The position numbers and the translations under genes are program-made. From Chiloscyllium plagiosum (taxonomy: Eukaryota), in contig NC_057757.1 of NCBI RefSeq assembly GCF_004010195.1, positions 7,563,953 through 7,621,054 of the forward strand: a DNA stretch of 57,102 bases. The letters run 5' to 3'. Shown one piece after another: positions 25,581 through 37,109 of the stretch. Position 1 is the first letter of the stretch, and each line of letters opens with the position of its first letter. Below the pieces are notes generated by a model. That model worked only from the letters and a program-made list of their open reading frames with translations, was not told the DNA's origin and made no database searches.

Positions 25581-26358
25581 GATGGACGAGGGAGATCCAG
25601 TAGATGTAGTGTACCTGGACTTCCAGAAAGCTTTTGATAAAGTCCCACATAAGAGGTTAATGAGCAAAATTAGGGCGCGTGGTATTGGGGGCAAGGTACT
25701 GGCTTGGATTGAAAGTTGGTTGGCTGATAGGAAACAAAGAATAGTGATAAACGGCTCCATTTCAGAATGGCGGGCAGTTACCAGTGGGGTACTGCAGGTA
25801 TCAGTGCTGGGACCGCAGCTTTTTACAATTTATGTTAATGATATAGAAGATGGTATTAGTAATAACATCAGCAAATTTGCTGATGATACTAAGCTGGGTG
25901 GCAGGATGAAATGTGAGGAGGATGTTAGGAGATTACAGGGTGACCTGGACAGGTTAGGTGAGCGGTGAGATGCATGGCAGATGCAGTTTAATGTGGGATT
26001 GGACATTCTGGAGGCAGGAAACATGTTTCCGCTGATGGGTGAGTACCGAACCTGAGGACACAGCTTAAAAATACGGGGTAGATCATTTAGGACAGAGATG
26101 AGGAGAAACTTGTTCACCCAGAGAGTGGTGGCTGTGTGGAATGCTCTGCCCCAGAGGGCAGTGGAGGCCCAGTCTCTGGATTCATTTAAGAAAGAGCTGG
26201 ATAGTGCTCTCAAGAGCTGGATAGTGGAATCAAGGGTTATGGAGATAAAGCAGGAACAGGATACTGATTAAGGATGATCAGCCATGATCATATTTAATGG
26301 TGGTGCAGGCTCGAAGGGCAGAATGGCCTACTCCTGCACCTATTGTCTATTGTCTATT
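25581..26358 (+). mobile_element. 5'-truncated CR1 with RT core and an internal deletion
   Basis: VYLDFQKAFDKVPH, SVLGPQLF, SKFADDTKLGG; jumps from WQMQFNV to the ORF2 C-terminus at ~25995; (tattgtc)n tail. Confidence 0.93.
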
Positions 26359-27084
26359 GCACCCTTTCAAACTGCAGATACTGTCCCCAAGTTTCTATAT
26401 TGGCCACCAACACATCCAGTATCACCATGCTCCCTTCGTTAATTGCTCTGAACATGTAACCTGGGGATTTGTCAACTTAGAATAAGATTAATTTCACCAG
26501 TACTGCTTTGTTTCCGCAATACTTCTTTCTCAGTTCATCATTCTCACGAGTCCCTCTGAATACAAGGCACTGCCTTAGGCAGACACTCTGCCGATCGGCT
26601 ACTGCCTCATGATCTGAGCCTCAATACTGAGGGAGGGCCTTATTGTCCGAGGTTCATTCCTAACAGTGCACCTCATTGTCAGAGAATCTGTTCTGAGGCA
26701 GTGCCTCACACTACTGAGGGATCCCTCAGTAGTGGCTCTCTCACTGTGCTCCACTATCAGTACTGAGCCTCTAAATGTGTGGCCCACCCTCAATTCTGAT
26801 CCCCATGTAAACAGGCACAGCCTCAGAATGGACCCTCTGACAAAAAGGCACTGCCTCAGTATTGACTGACTATGATGCAGTCCCTCAGCACCGATCCTTT
26901 GACAGTGAGGCACGCCTTCAGTTTTGACCCTGTCATAGTGCTGCAATACCTGAGTACTCAGCCCGAAATTATCTGGCACTCCTTCAGTTATAAACCTCTT
27001 ATAATAAGGCATTGCCTCCATATTGACCGTCTTGTAAGAATCCGTTCCCCACAGTTCTGACCATTTGACAGTGCTTCCATATCT

Positions 27085-27840
27085 CAGATAATGAGGGAAT
27101 TGGTGCAGTGTAGCACGAAATGGGAAAATCAGGTCAGGCAATACTGAATGGGAGAATGAGAGTAGGGCACCTCTAAATGGGACAATTGGCTGGTTCATCA
27201 GTAAATATGAGAATTAGTGTAGGGCAATACTGATTGGAGAAATTGTTCAGGAGATCAGAAAATGGGGGAATTGGTCTTGAGAAATACTGAGTTGGAGAAT
27301 TGGTGCAGGGCATCAGTAAATGTGAGAGTTGCTGCAGAGTGCTAATAAAAGCATTTGTAAATGGGAGAACATGGGCAGGGAATCAGTAAGTCGGAGAAAT
27401 GTTGTAAATGAGCAGGAAAGTGGAGATTCACACAAGGCACCACGAAATGAAAACAAAATTGAGCAGGGTACAATTTTGCAGAAAGTGTATATCAGACAAA
27501 TTGGGAGAAACGGGTCAAGACAACACTGAACGGGAGAATTGGTGCAATTCATGATGAAAGGGAAGATTTGTGCAGGATCAGTTACTTGGGAATTTGTGCA
27601 GGGAAATCCAAAATTCGAGAATTCTAGCAACGGACAACTAAGTGGGAGAATTGTTACAGAGAAATATTAAATGGAAGAACTGGTGCACAGTGGAACTAAA
27701 TTAGAGAACTGGGGCTTGGCACCATGAAAATGGAGAATTAGAGTAGGGCACCCTTAAATGGTAGAACTGGGCTAAGGCATCAGTAAATGGGAGAGGTGTG
27801 GGTAAATGGGAGAATTGGTGGGCATCAGTAAATGGGAGAA
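27085..27840. repeat. Degenerate ~29-bp tandem repeat (aaatgggagaattggtgcagggcatcagt)
   Basis: Recurrent ggagaattgg motif at ~29-bp spacing. Confidence 0.7.
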
Positions 27841-28244
27841 GTTGTTCTGGATGTAAGTTTGCTCGCTGAGCTGGAAGGTTCATTTTCAGACCATATTAGG
27901 TAACATCTTCAGTGAGCCTCTGGACAAAGCACTGCTCGATGATATCACAATCAAAAAAATTAATGGAAGGTATAACCAAATGAGAGATGCTGATTTGAAC
28001 TCACTTCTTACTCTTCTCATCTTACACACACCTCATACCTACATACTCAGCCACTCCTACACACACACACACACAGTCGCTGATCAGTTCCTGCTAGATT
28101 GCTGGTTTTGAACATCCATCATCCTAACCCCAGCTGTTCTGCCCTGTTCCCAAACATAGCCTCTGATTGCAATCTGGAGTGTGATACAGGAGCCTCTCAG
28201 TGTCGGAGGGTGGTGAGTCTTGAGCCTGGCCCAGATGTGTGAAT

Positions 28245-28458
28245 CTTTGAAGAGAAAATGAGGTCTGCAGATGCTGGAGATCAGAGATGGAAATGTGTTG
28301 CTGGAAAAGCGCAGCAGGTCAGGCAGCATCTAGGGAACAGAAGAATCGACGTTTTGGGCATTAGCCCTTCTTCCTGAAGAAGGGCTAATGCCCGAAACGT
28401 CGATTCTCCTGTTCCCTAGATGCTGCCTGACCTGCTGCGCTTTTCCAGCAACACATTT
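28245..28458. mobile_element. Penelope-like fold-back element with intact hammerhead-like core; 14-bp flanking direct repeat
   Basis: ccagatgtgtgaat at 28231-28244 and 28459-28472; ~85-bp near-perfect inverted arms; CTGAAGA-A-GGGC-TAAT-GCCC-GAAACGTC at 28374-28401. Confidence 0.85.
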
Positions 28459-28577
28459 CCAGATGTGTGAATGTCCTGTGTTCATCTGACATCCAGGGAT
28501 ACTTTTGTAGAGCTTTCATACATGGAAATCCAAACATATTTGGTCATTCGGGTCCTTGTGTGCCTGTGTGAGCGAGT

Positions 28578-28621
<44 letters not shown>

Positions 28622-28782
28622 TGTGTGCGCATGCATACCACCCTGCATTTTTGGGTCAAATATGAATTTACTCAAGGACTTATTGAAATATGACGTTAAG
28701 TTTTTTGATTGTGATATCATTGAATGAGCTTTACTCTGTATCAAACTCAATGTTTACCTGAGCAGGGAGTGAATGATAGGGC

Positions 28783-29483
28783 TGAAGATCTGGATCCCCA
28801 GCGGGGTCTCTCGGTTCCACGATTGGTCAATAAGCACTCACAATCGGTCTGGCTGTTTAAGACTTCATTGTTGATTTCTTCATACGGTCGGGTGCAGAGC
28901 ATCTGGGAACACAGAGGTTGAGTACTTGCGTATTCCTTGGAGGAGCTGCACACACCAGCTTATTACAAAGACATTTTTATACTTTTCTGAAAGCAGTGTA
29001 AGGGCCAAATCCCATAGTCCGTTCAAACAATTACCAATCAATAAATGATATTGCTTTACTGGCAGTTACTTGGTCCAATGATATTAACTGGGAAACAATG
29101 TTAATTTGTCCCAATGTTTCGGTCACTTTTTTCCCACGAAATAGAACTACTACACCTGGACCCGAAGGTCAGCCAGAAATGTTAGTACTTTCTTATCTTG
29201 TCGAGTTACTTCTGTATTCTCAAGGGCGCATTGTCTGCTAATCACTTTTTGCAGCACTCTGGGGGTACTTATTTCTGCAGCTTAAGCAGAATTATCAGTT
29301 AGCAGTCTAGAAGCCATTTTGTCATGCTAACTTGCATTGAGAAGCCATCTCATTTCCATCTAAGTTACCAAGAGAATCCGTTAGGCGGTTGCCCCTGACT
29401 GTAACTAGTCACACTAGTTATACAGGGACAGGTCATGAGTCTCCATGTCCTAGTTCAGCCTGTACCAAGGTTTCAGATTCTCA
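28783..29483 (-). mobile_element. Solo LTR (701 bp), ERV-like
   Basis: Minus strand starts TGAGAATC and ends GATCTTCA (TG...CA, imperfect inverted termini); GGGC on both flanks (28779-28782, 29484-29487); TATAAAA on minus at 28975-28981; splits a unit of the 60-65-bp repeat. Confidence 0.8.
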
Positions 29484-29582
29484 GGGCGAGTGTAGAGGGA
29501 GCTATATTCTGTCTGCACCTCCGTGCTGTCCCTTATCTGGAAGTGTTTGATGGGGATACAGTAAAGGGAGCTCTACCACCAT

Positions 29583-29922
29583 GGGGAGGTACAGTGGCTC
29601 AGTGGTTAGCCCTGCTCCCTCACAGTGCCAAGGACCCAGGATCAATACAGCCTTGGGTGACTGTCTGTGTGGACTTTGCACATTCTCCCTATGTCTGTGT
29701 GGGTTTCCTCCTGGTGCTGCAGTTTCCTCCCACACTCCAAAGATGTGCAGGTTAGGGCAAATTGGTCATGCTAAATTGCTCATAGTGTTCAAGGATGTGT
29801 AGGTTGGGTGCATTAGTCAAAGGTAAATATGGGATAATCGGGTGGAGGAATGGGTCTGGGTGGGTTATTGTTCAGAGGGTCAGCTGAAGGACCTGTTTCC
29901 ACACTGTAGGGATTCTAGGAAT
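29583..29922 (+). mobile_element. Full-length V-SINE/HE1-type SINE
   Basis: gtggctcagtggttagc A box, core tgtgtggactttgcacattctcc, tail ctgtttccacactgtagggattct. Confidence 0.9.
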
Positions 29923-29949
29923 CTCATGACGTATGCAAACCAATGTTTG

Positions 29950-30245
29950 TGCAAAAAATGTGTTCCTTATGTCTTCTTAAAATCTCTTTCCTCGCACCTT
30001 TAAAGCCTGCCCCGTTCTCTTGAAATTCCCCCATCCTTGGGAAAGGGCAACTGCATCTATACCTCTTATTACTTGATAAACTTCTACCTGCTCCCCTCTC
30101 AACCTCCTACATTCTAGGAGAAAAAGATCCTCGACATTCCAGCCTTTCGTTATATCTCAAACATTCCATTGCCAGCAACATCCTGGTAAATCTCTTCTGA
30201 ACCCTCTCCAGTTTAATAATATCCTTCCTATAACTGGGTGCTGAC
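29950..30245 (-). mobile_element. CR1 ORF2 3' fragment
   Basis: PSYRKDIIKLERVQKRFTRML. Confidence 0.85.
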
Positions 30246-30760
30246 GGTTTCAAAGCTCCAGTTTTGGAACTGTATTGTAAGCTTTTATGGACTTGATATT
30301 TTAACCCTCCCTCGCCCTCTCTCCACAGAAGCTTTTGCAAACACTCAGCTATTATTTCAGTTTCCAGTATGAACAGTATCTAGCTGTTTGAACAAAACAA
30401 TTCCTGTGCATTTCCCATGGCCAACCCACCCTGTCTAACATCTCTGGGCTCTGTGGACAATAATGTTAAACGTTTTCATCCTTCAATGGTTCCTAGAAAT
30501 TGGTCATGTCCTGTCTTATAGCATTAAGTAATGCATGTTGGTATTTTGGGAGGTGGCTGCTGCTTTATAACAGGATGATGAAAGGACAAGACAGGATCCA
30601 GTGGGACATTTCTCTTCAAAAAAACTAGTTTCATTCATTCAGACAGTGACTGCTAATGCCTCCTCCAGAGGGAGCCACCCTGCAATACTTCACGGCGCCG
30701 GCTCAAGTCACATCTTGCCTACTCCCACATCTTCCTTGTCAGTCCTTCCCCATGGGTGTG

Positions 30761-30841
30761 GCCATCTTGGGGTGACGTCATCGCGTAGCCCATTGCGTCA
30801 CTCAGGTCATTGTGTGACTGTCCGAACCAATAGGAGCCAAT
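30761..30841 (-). promoter_or_regulatory. Putative Pol II promoter cluster: YY1-like, CRE, half-CRE, two CCAAT boxes
   Basis: GCCATCTTG 30761-30769, TGACGTCA 30773-30780, TTGCGTCA 30793-30800, CCAAT 30827 and 30837; locally CpG-retaining; strand is inferred. Confidence 0.5.
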
Positions 30842-32899
30842 TGTCCCCAAAAAACCTGCCCCTTGTGCAGTGGCGCAGGGAGGCCAGCAGAGGGTGGCAT
30901 TGTATCACTTTAAACACAAGAGGGACAGACACTGACACAGAGAGAGTCAGAGAAATTGATTCATCAGGTTTTAATTCATTCATTCATTTAAACCTCCCTC
31001 CAGGACAAACTGTGTCCCATTGCAGGCAGAGGTGGGCGCACACAAACAGGACCAACAGCATTACATCAATTTAAAAAGAAGAATAGACAGAAAACAGATA
31101 GCGGGCGGTTCAACCCCATTTAATTGATTCAGCCCCCAAAACAACAGAGAGCCCATTACACAGAGACACAGACACAGAGATACACAGACACAGCGACACA
31201 CACTAATACACATGCTGAGAAACGCTCACATACACATACCCATACACACAGATAGTCAGGTTGAGATAGACAGAAAGATCCAGAAACAGTCAGAAACACA
31301 CATGAATATACAATCACACAAATCCACAGGGATGCACACACACAGACAAATATAGGCTGTGTGTAGTAACTGACACTGCCCTGAGTTTAACCATCTGTAA
31401 CCAATCTTTGTCAATCAGCTCATTCCCAGCTTTTTGAGATGAAATGTCGATAACAGTGTGGAAACGTCACACGATGTCCCTCAGGCTATTGTCAGAGAAG
31501 AGGTGAATCTGTTTAAAATCTCATGGACATTTGCATAATTAATAAAGTTCTGTAACCGAACCGTTTTGCTCTCCATGTTTAAGAAGAATAAACTTGCAGT
31601 GCAGCTTTCTCAGCATCACAACTACAAACATTCCCTGTCTCCACCTCCGACACTCAGTAGCAGCAGTGTGTACCATAGAGAAGATGCACTGCAGAAATTC
31701 ACTAAGGTTCATTACAGAGCAGCTTCCAGACCAAAGGCATGATCACCTGGAGCAATGAAATATATTAGGTCTATATTTTAGAAAGTTGAAAAGCAATTTC
31801 ATTGGAATGTATCAAATTCTGAAGCAACAGGGGCTTGAAAGGGTACATGCTCAGAAATTATTCCTACAGGCCTGGGAATCTGAAACAACGAGGACACTGT
31901 CTCAGAATAAGGGGCAGATTATTTATGACAAAGATCAGGAGGCAGCACTTCACTATATGGCCTCGGAATCTTTAACATTCTCTATCCCTGAGGACTGTGG
32001 ATACGCCATCGCTGAATACAGTTCAGACGAGAATAGACAGATGGCTGGTGCCTCAGGGAATCATGGGATATAGAGAGTGGACAGGAAACTGGATTTGAAA
32101 TCTAAAATCAGGTCTGATTGGATTGACTGCCAGAACAGACAGAACAGTTTGAACAGGCTGTGCAGTCTCCTCCTGCTCAAATTGTCTCAACTTTTAGGAA
32201 TTTACTGAACCAATTCCCACCCCCTGTAGATTTGGTTCCACGAAACCATTTGTTATTAAACATCTGGAGCCTCCACCCTATTACAAACCATCTCATTCTT
32301 TGTTCAGCACCACCCCCACTCCAACTGCTCAGAAATGATTACTTTTCTAACTTCATTCTGTTGTACTGAAGCCCTCCACCCCCAGGACACACGGGTTCAT
32401 CTTTCCCCTGCCAACACTCCAGCACACCTTCCCTTCTCTCTTTAGATGCTGCTGACCGTGTCATTTTTCTCAGCCCGGGGACTATCCTCTGCCTGGTCCT
32501 CTTTCTGAGAGAGGACACAGTCTCCGGCCTGACTCCTTGGTACTCTGTTTGTTCACAGAGAAAATAGGTACCACTCCATCCAAATTCATAACATGCCCAG
32601 AGGGGCATCAATGTATTGTGATGATATTAGATATAATACATCTTAAACCAAATGAACTTAATAAGGAAATGGCATGTTGCCCTTGAATCTGTAAGGAGCA
32701 GGAAATCAATCCGCCCTCAGGTATTGTTGCTCTGTGTGATGCTCCTCAACCCACCGATACACAGATCTGACTGAATGCACAACCTCTCTCCATACATTTC
32801 TTTCAGAATAAGGTCAATAATATGACAAATTTAAACGAAATGCAAACTGTGATGAACATTGCTTGTAGGGAGTCATCGTGTTGTGGAGGTTTTACTGCA

Positions 32900-33270
32900 C
32901 TGGAATTAGGCTGTTGGGCCCATCACTCACACTCCAGTCTAAACATGTGGATTCCGTCTCTAAACCTCTCCAATTACCCAGGTCCCTGCCTGACTTCAGA
33001 GTGTCTGTGTGGAGTTTGCACATTCTCCCACGTCTGATTTGATTTCCACCAAGTGCTCCTACAGTCCAAAGATGTGCAGGTTAGATGGATTGGCCATGCT
33101 AAATGGTCCATTGTGCCCAGAGATGTGTAGGTTAGGTAGATTAGCCATGGCAAATGCAGGTTTACAGGGATAGTGTAGGGGTATGAGTCTTGGCAGGATG
33201 CTCATCACAGAATCAGATGGGACTTGATGGGCTGAATGGCCTGTTTCCACATTGTAGGGATTCTCTGATC
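32900..33270 (+). mobile_element. Decayed V-SINE/HE1-type SINE; another 5' half at 34038-34190
   Basis: tctgtgtggagtttgcacattctccc core, gatgtgcaggttagatggattggccatgctaaat, tail ctgtttccacattgtagggattct. Confidence 0.8.
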
Positions 33271-33672
33271 TATGCTCTTCATATCTGCCTCTATGCATGA
33301 GGTGGACTGTCACCTGACCCAATATGCGGCAGGTCTATTTAAAACAAAGAACCTGAAAGATTCACAGTGCACCTTTCCAACAGCTTCTGTTGTGATGGGG
33401 AAGGAGGATGAACTGTCAAATCTCTTCAAGGGTAATATAAACTCAAACCTCGAAACAATCACGAAATTAACAATTTCCGAATTTCAACCCTTGTTTTTTG
33501 CTAATTCCTGCCCAATATTGATTGAGATGTAACTGAATACGCTCAAAATATCCAAACAACATTCTTCATTCAGCCCAATCAGTTGTTTTATTTTTTAATC
33601 TTAATGTGTTCCAAAGTGAGTACTCGGTGTACACGCAGAATCTGTTTGCTCATGAGTTGCTTCATTAACCCT

Positions 33673-33885
33673 ATTAAAAATCACACCTTATCAGGTTATA
33701 GTCCAACAGGTTTATTTGGAAGTACAAGCTTTTAGAGCATTGCTCCGTCATCAGGTAAGTAATGCGACAGGATCACAGGACACAGGAATAAAAGAAAGTA
33801 TTTCCAAAAGAACCGGTTGGACTATAGCCTCGTATTGTGTGAATTTTAACTTTACCCACCCTAGTCCAACACTAGCACCTCCACA
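33673..33885. mobile_element. Penelope-like fold-back element (second subfamily) with 11-bp flanking direct repeat
   Basis: tcattaaccct at 33662-33672 and 33886-33896; inverted arms ggttatagtccaac / gttggactatagcc; minus strand reads CTGATGACGGAGCAATGCTCTAAAAGCTT at 33726-33754. Confidence 0.75.
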
Positions 33886-34209
33886 TCATTAACCCTGATA
33901 GTACATCTCGATGACTAAGTGCTTTTGCCTGAAATGTTGATTTTCCTGCTCTTCGGATGCTGCCTGACTGGCTGTGCTTTTCCAGCATCACACTCTTAGA
34001 ATATCTCCATAACTCTGGAGCAGCACCTCCACATCATAAGGTGACACAGTGGCTCAACGGTTAGCACTGCTGCCTCATAACACAGGGAGTTAGTGTTTGA
34101 TCCCAGCCTCGGATGTCTGTCTGTGAGGAGTTTGCACATTCTCCCCATGTCGGTGTGGATATCCTCTGGATGCTTTGGTTTCCTCCCACAGAATAAAGGA
34201 TTGGAAAAA

Positions 34210-35510
34210 TTTCTGGCTGTAACAGCTGCTCCTTTTCTGAGGTATTTTACATGCTGGAGGTGATATCCTCCAATTCCAGGAGCAGCAATTACCGTTTCAT
34301 ATGCTGTTGCACTGTTTTGGAACTTTGGAAAAAGAAGTCAAAACAATAGCAATTTTACAGCGGAGAAGATCAGACAAAGGAGGCACATAGTGAGGTCATT
34401 GCAGGAGAGAGAGAGCGAGAGAGAGCGAGAGAGAGCGAGAGAGAGTGAGAGAGAGAGAGAGTGCCTGCCCAGTTACCGCATTTGCTGTTTGAATTCATGT
34501 ATCGCTGGATATCGGAGTGTATCTGGGAAAATTAACAAACAGTGAAATTCACAACTGATCTTGGAAGAACTGTTGGGAATGTTCACAGCACAGAATCATA
34601 TAAGTTAATCGTTGTTTTAAGTGTGGCCTACAGCGAATCTGCAGCGGTGAGTAGAGTGGGTTCTTTCTTGATTATATGTTTTTGGAGACATGTCTCTTGA
34701 TGAAACATAAAATATAAGCCATAATTATTAATTTAACCAAGTGTTTGCAGAGGAATAAGACGGTGTTATTTTCTGTGTCTATAGATTGTGAAGGAGCAAA
34801 AATGGCCTTTAATAGAGTGATATGTACTTCTCGTCTGATATGGGAGTTTAAAGAGAGTTTAAGGGTTACTGTGGATTATAACTGCCATCAATGCTATTGG
34901 CTACGAATCTTATCAGATAGAATGGATATCGGTTGGAGAAACAGATAGAAGCGATGAGGAATTTGCAACAGCAACAGTATATGATGGATGACAGTTATAG
35001 GATGGGGAGAAAGTCTAAGATACAGTCACATAGATGGGTTAACTCCAGGAAAGGTAAGAGAGGTAGGCAGCTAGTGCAGAAGTCTTTCGTGGATGTACCT
35101 ATTTCAAACAGTTATGCTGTTTTGGAAAATGTAGGGGGTGATGGATTCTCAGGGGAACGTAGCATGAACAGCCAAGTTTCAGGTATTGAGACTAGCTCTA
35201 ATGCAATGAGGGGTACGTCGGGTTCCAAGAGATCAATTGTGTTAGGGGATTCTCTAGTCCGAGGTACAGACAGACGTTTCCATGGCCAGCTGTGAAAAAG
35301 CAGAATGGAGTGTCGCTTCCCTGGTGCCAAGATCAAAGATGTCTCAGAGAGGGTGCAGAATGTTCTCACGGGGGATGAGGGGCCAACAAGAGGTCATTGT
35401 CCACGTTGGAACCAACGACATAGGAATTGAAGAGGTTGAGATTCTGAATGAAATTACAGAGAGTTAGGCAGAAATTTAACAAGGAAGTCCTCGTGCGTAG
35501 TAATATCTTA
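34210..35510 (+). mobile_element. CR1 5' region: 5' UTR and decayed ORF1 (zinc finger, coiled coil, SGNH esterase)
   Basis: ATG 34802 MAFNRVICTS..CHQC, LEKQIEAMRNL, VPISNSYAVL, IVLGDSLVRG, HVGTND; frameshifts and stops. Confidence 0.85.
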
Positions 35511-36062
35511 ATTTCTTAACAAAACAAATCTAAACCTCACATTGAGGAAAATCACCTTAGACTTCAATGTTTGTTCATTAAATGGAGGAATTACAGTGAC
35601 CTTTATATAGTTGATTAAAAATTGTATAACAGAGTATAATGGTGGATCCAGATGTCCCAAACAAACGATATCGTTTTCAGAAAATAATACTGGTTGAATT
35701 GAATCTTTGTTTCTGAAATGTCTATCTCCTCTTAATTTTCAGACTGCTGCATCTCCTTTGTCAGTATGGAGTGCCAGTCGTATCCTATACCAATTTCCCT
35801 TCCTCACCGAGAACTGAAGTGTCAGTTCAACATTATCTTGCAAAAACAAATCATGTAGCAAAGATTAAGATATTGTTATAAATAGCTGTGTCTTTGGGTG
35901 AATCATTATTTGTACATACAAAGCACCTTGGCAAGATTTTATTAATGCTGCCACAACCATTTCACAGCCTAGGACATTATAAATGAGCAATGACTGATCA
36001 GAACTGCTTAAGAAAACAACAAATTGGGATTTAAATTGAAAGACTAGAACCAGGAAATTATA

Positions 36063-37103
36063 ATGGAGTTCAGAGTTGGAAACTGTGCACATTCTACATT
36101 ACAGCGTTGGATTTTGATTAAATGAATTTCCAGTTTCTGTTGAAGACTCTTTACAAAATTCTTACTTGATAGGAATAGAATTTGTGATTTGGTCAGCTAA
36201 GTGGGGTCTTCATTTAATTGAACAATCCTGATACAATTTCATACATACAGCACTGAGCAGATTTGAATCATTTCTGTGACTTTGAAATCTGTTTGTTTCG
36301 TTTTTATTACTTCACAGTGCATTGTCTAGTCACTTGTTCAATTTCCATCTCTCATTAAATATGCTTATTACTCAATAATTTAAAACAATTTGTTCTATCC
36401 TGTACTTTATGATCACAGTTAGTTCATTAATTAATTGGCAAGACTTTATACCTTTCCACATTGTCAGTGATCTGTGCCGTTGCCTCATGGTTACTTTAAA
36501 GCATGGCTTCATTGGTTAATGTTCAATTGGTGACAGAAGTTATGGCAATATGTGGAAACATGTCGACAGCATGGCAAGTGAGGAACCATTAAGGGAAGGT
36601 GAGACTTTCTGTGTTCCTCACGCAAAGCACTGTCCCTGGTACAAGAGGTGGAATAACCTTTTCTGTGGTAGTCACTTTTATTGTTACTCGATAAGCTTGC
36701 CTCGGAATAGGACAAATCGAATTGATGGGATCCTTACTACTCCTGGATAGTATGGAGGCAATACTTCTCTTAGATGTTAAAATTGAATTTATTAATGACT
36801 TGTTTAAAATAAGGGAACAGGAGAAACAGTGGAAAGAAGCTAAAGCTGAGAAAGATAAACACGAGGGACAAAAGGAACAAAGCTCCAGGGAGAACCTGAG
36901 GACATCTCGGGATCCCGAGCTCAGGTCTGTTACATTGAAAGACTAGAATCAGGTAGATATAGTGGAGTTCAGAGTTGGAAATTTCACATTCTACGTTATA
37001 GCATTTTGGATTTTGATTAAATGAATTTTCAGTTTCTATTGAAGACTCTTAACAAATCTCTTACTCGATTGGAATAAAACTGGTGATTTGGTCAGCTAAG
37101 TGG
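36063..37103. repeat. ~140-bp imperfect direct repeat pair (36063-36204 and 36963-37103)
   Basis: tggagttcagagttggaaa...gtgatttggtcagctaagtggg occurs twice ~900 bp apart. Confidence 0.85.
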
Positions 37104-37109
37104 GCTATG

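Noticed and set aside
32339..32611. Minus-strand 90-aa ORF with an acceptor-like site
   Set aside because: No recognisable homology or matching donor; insufficient support
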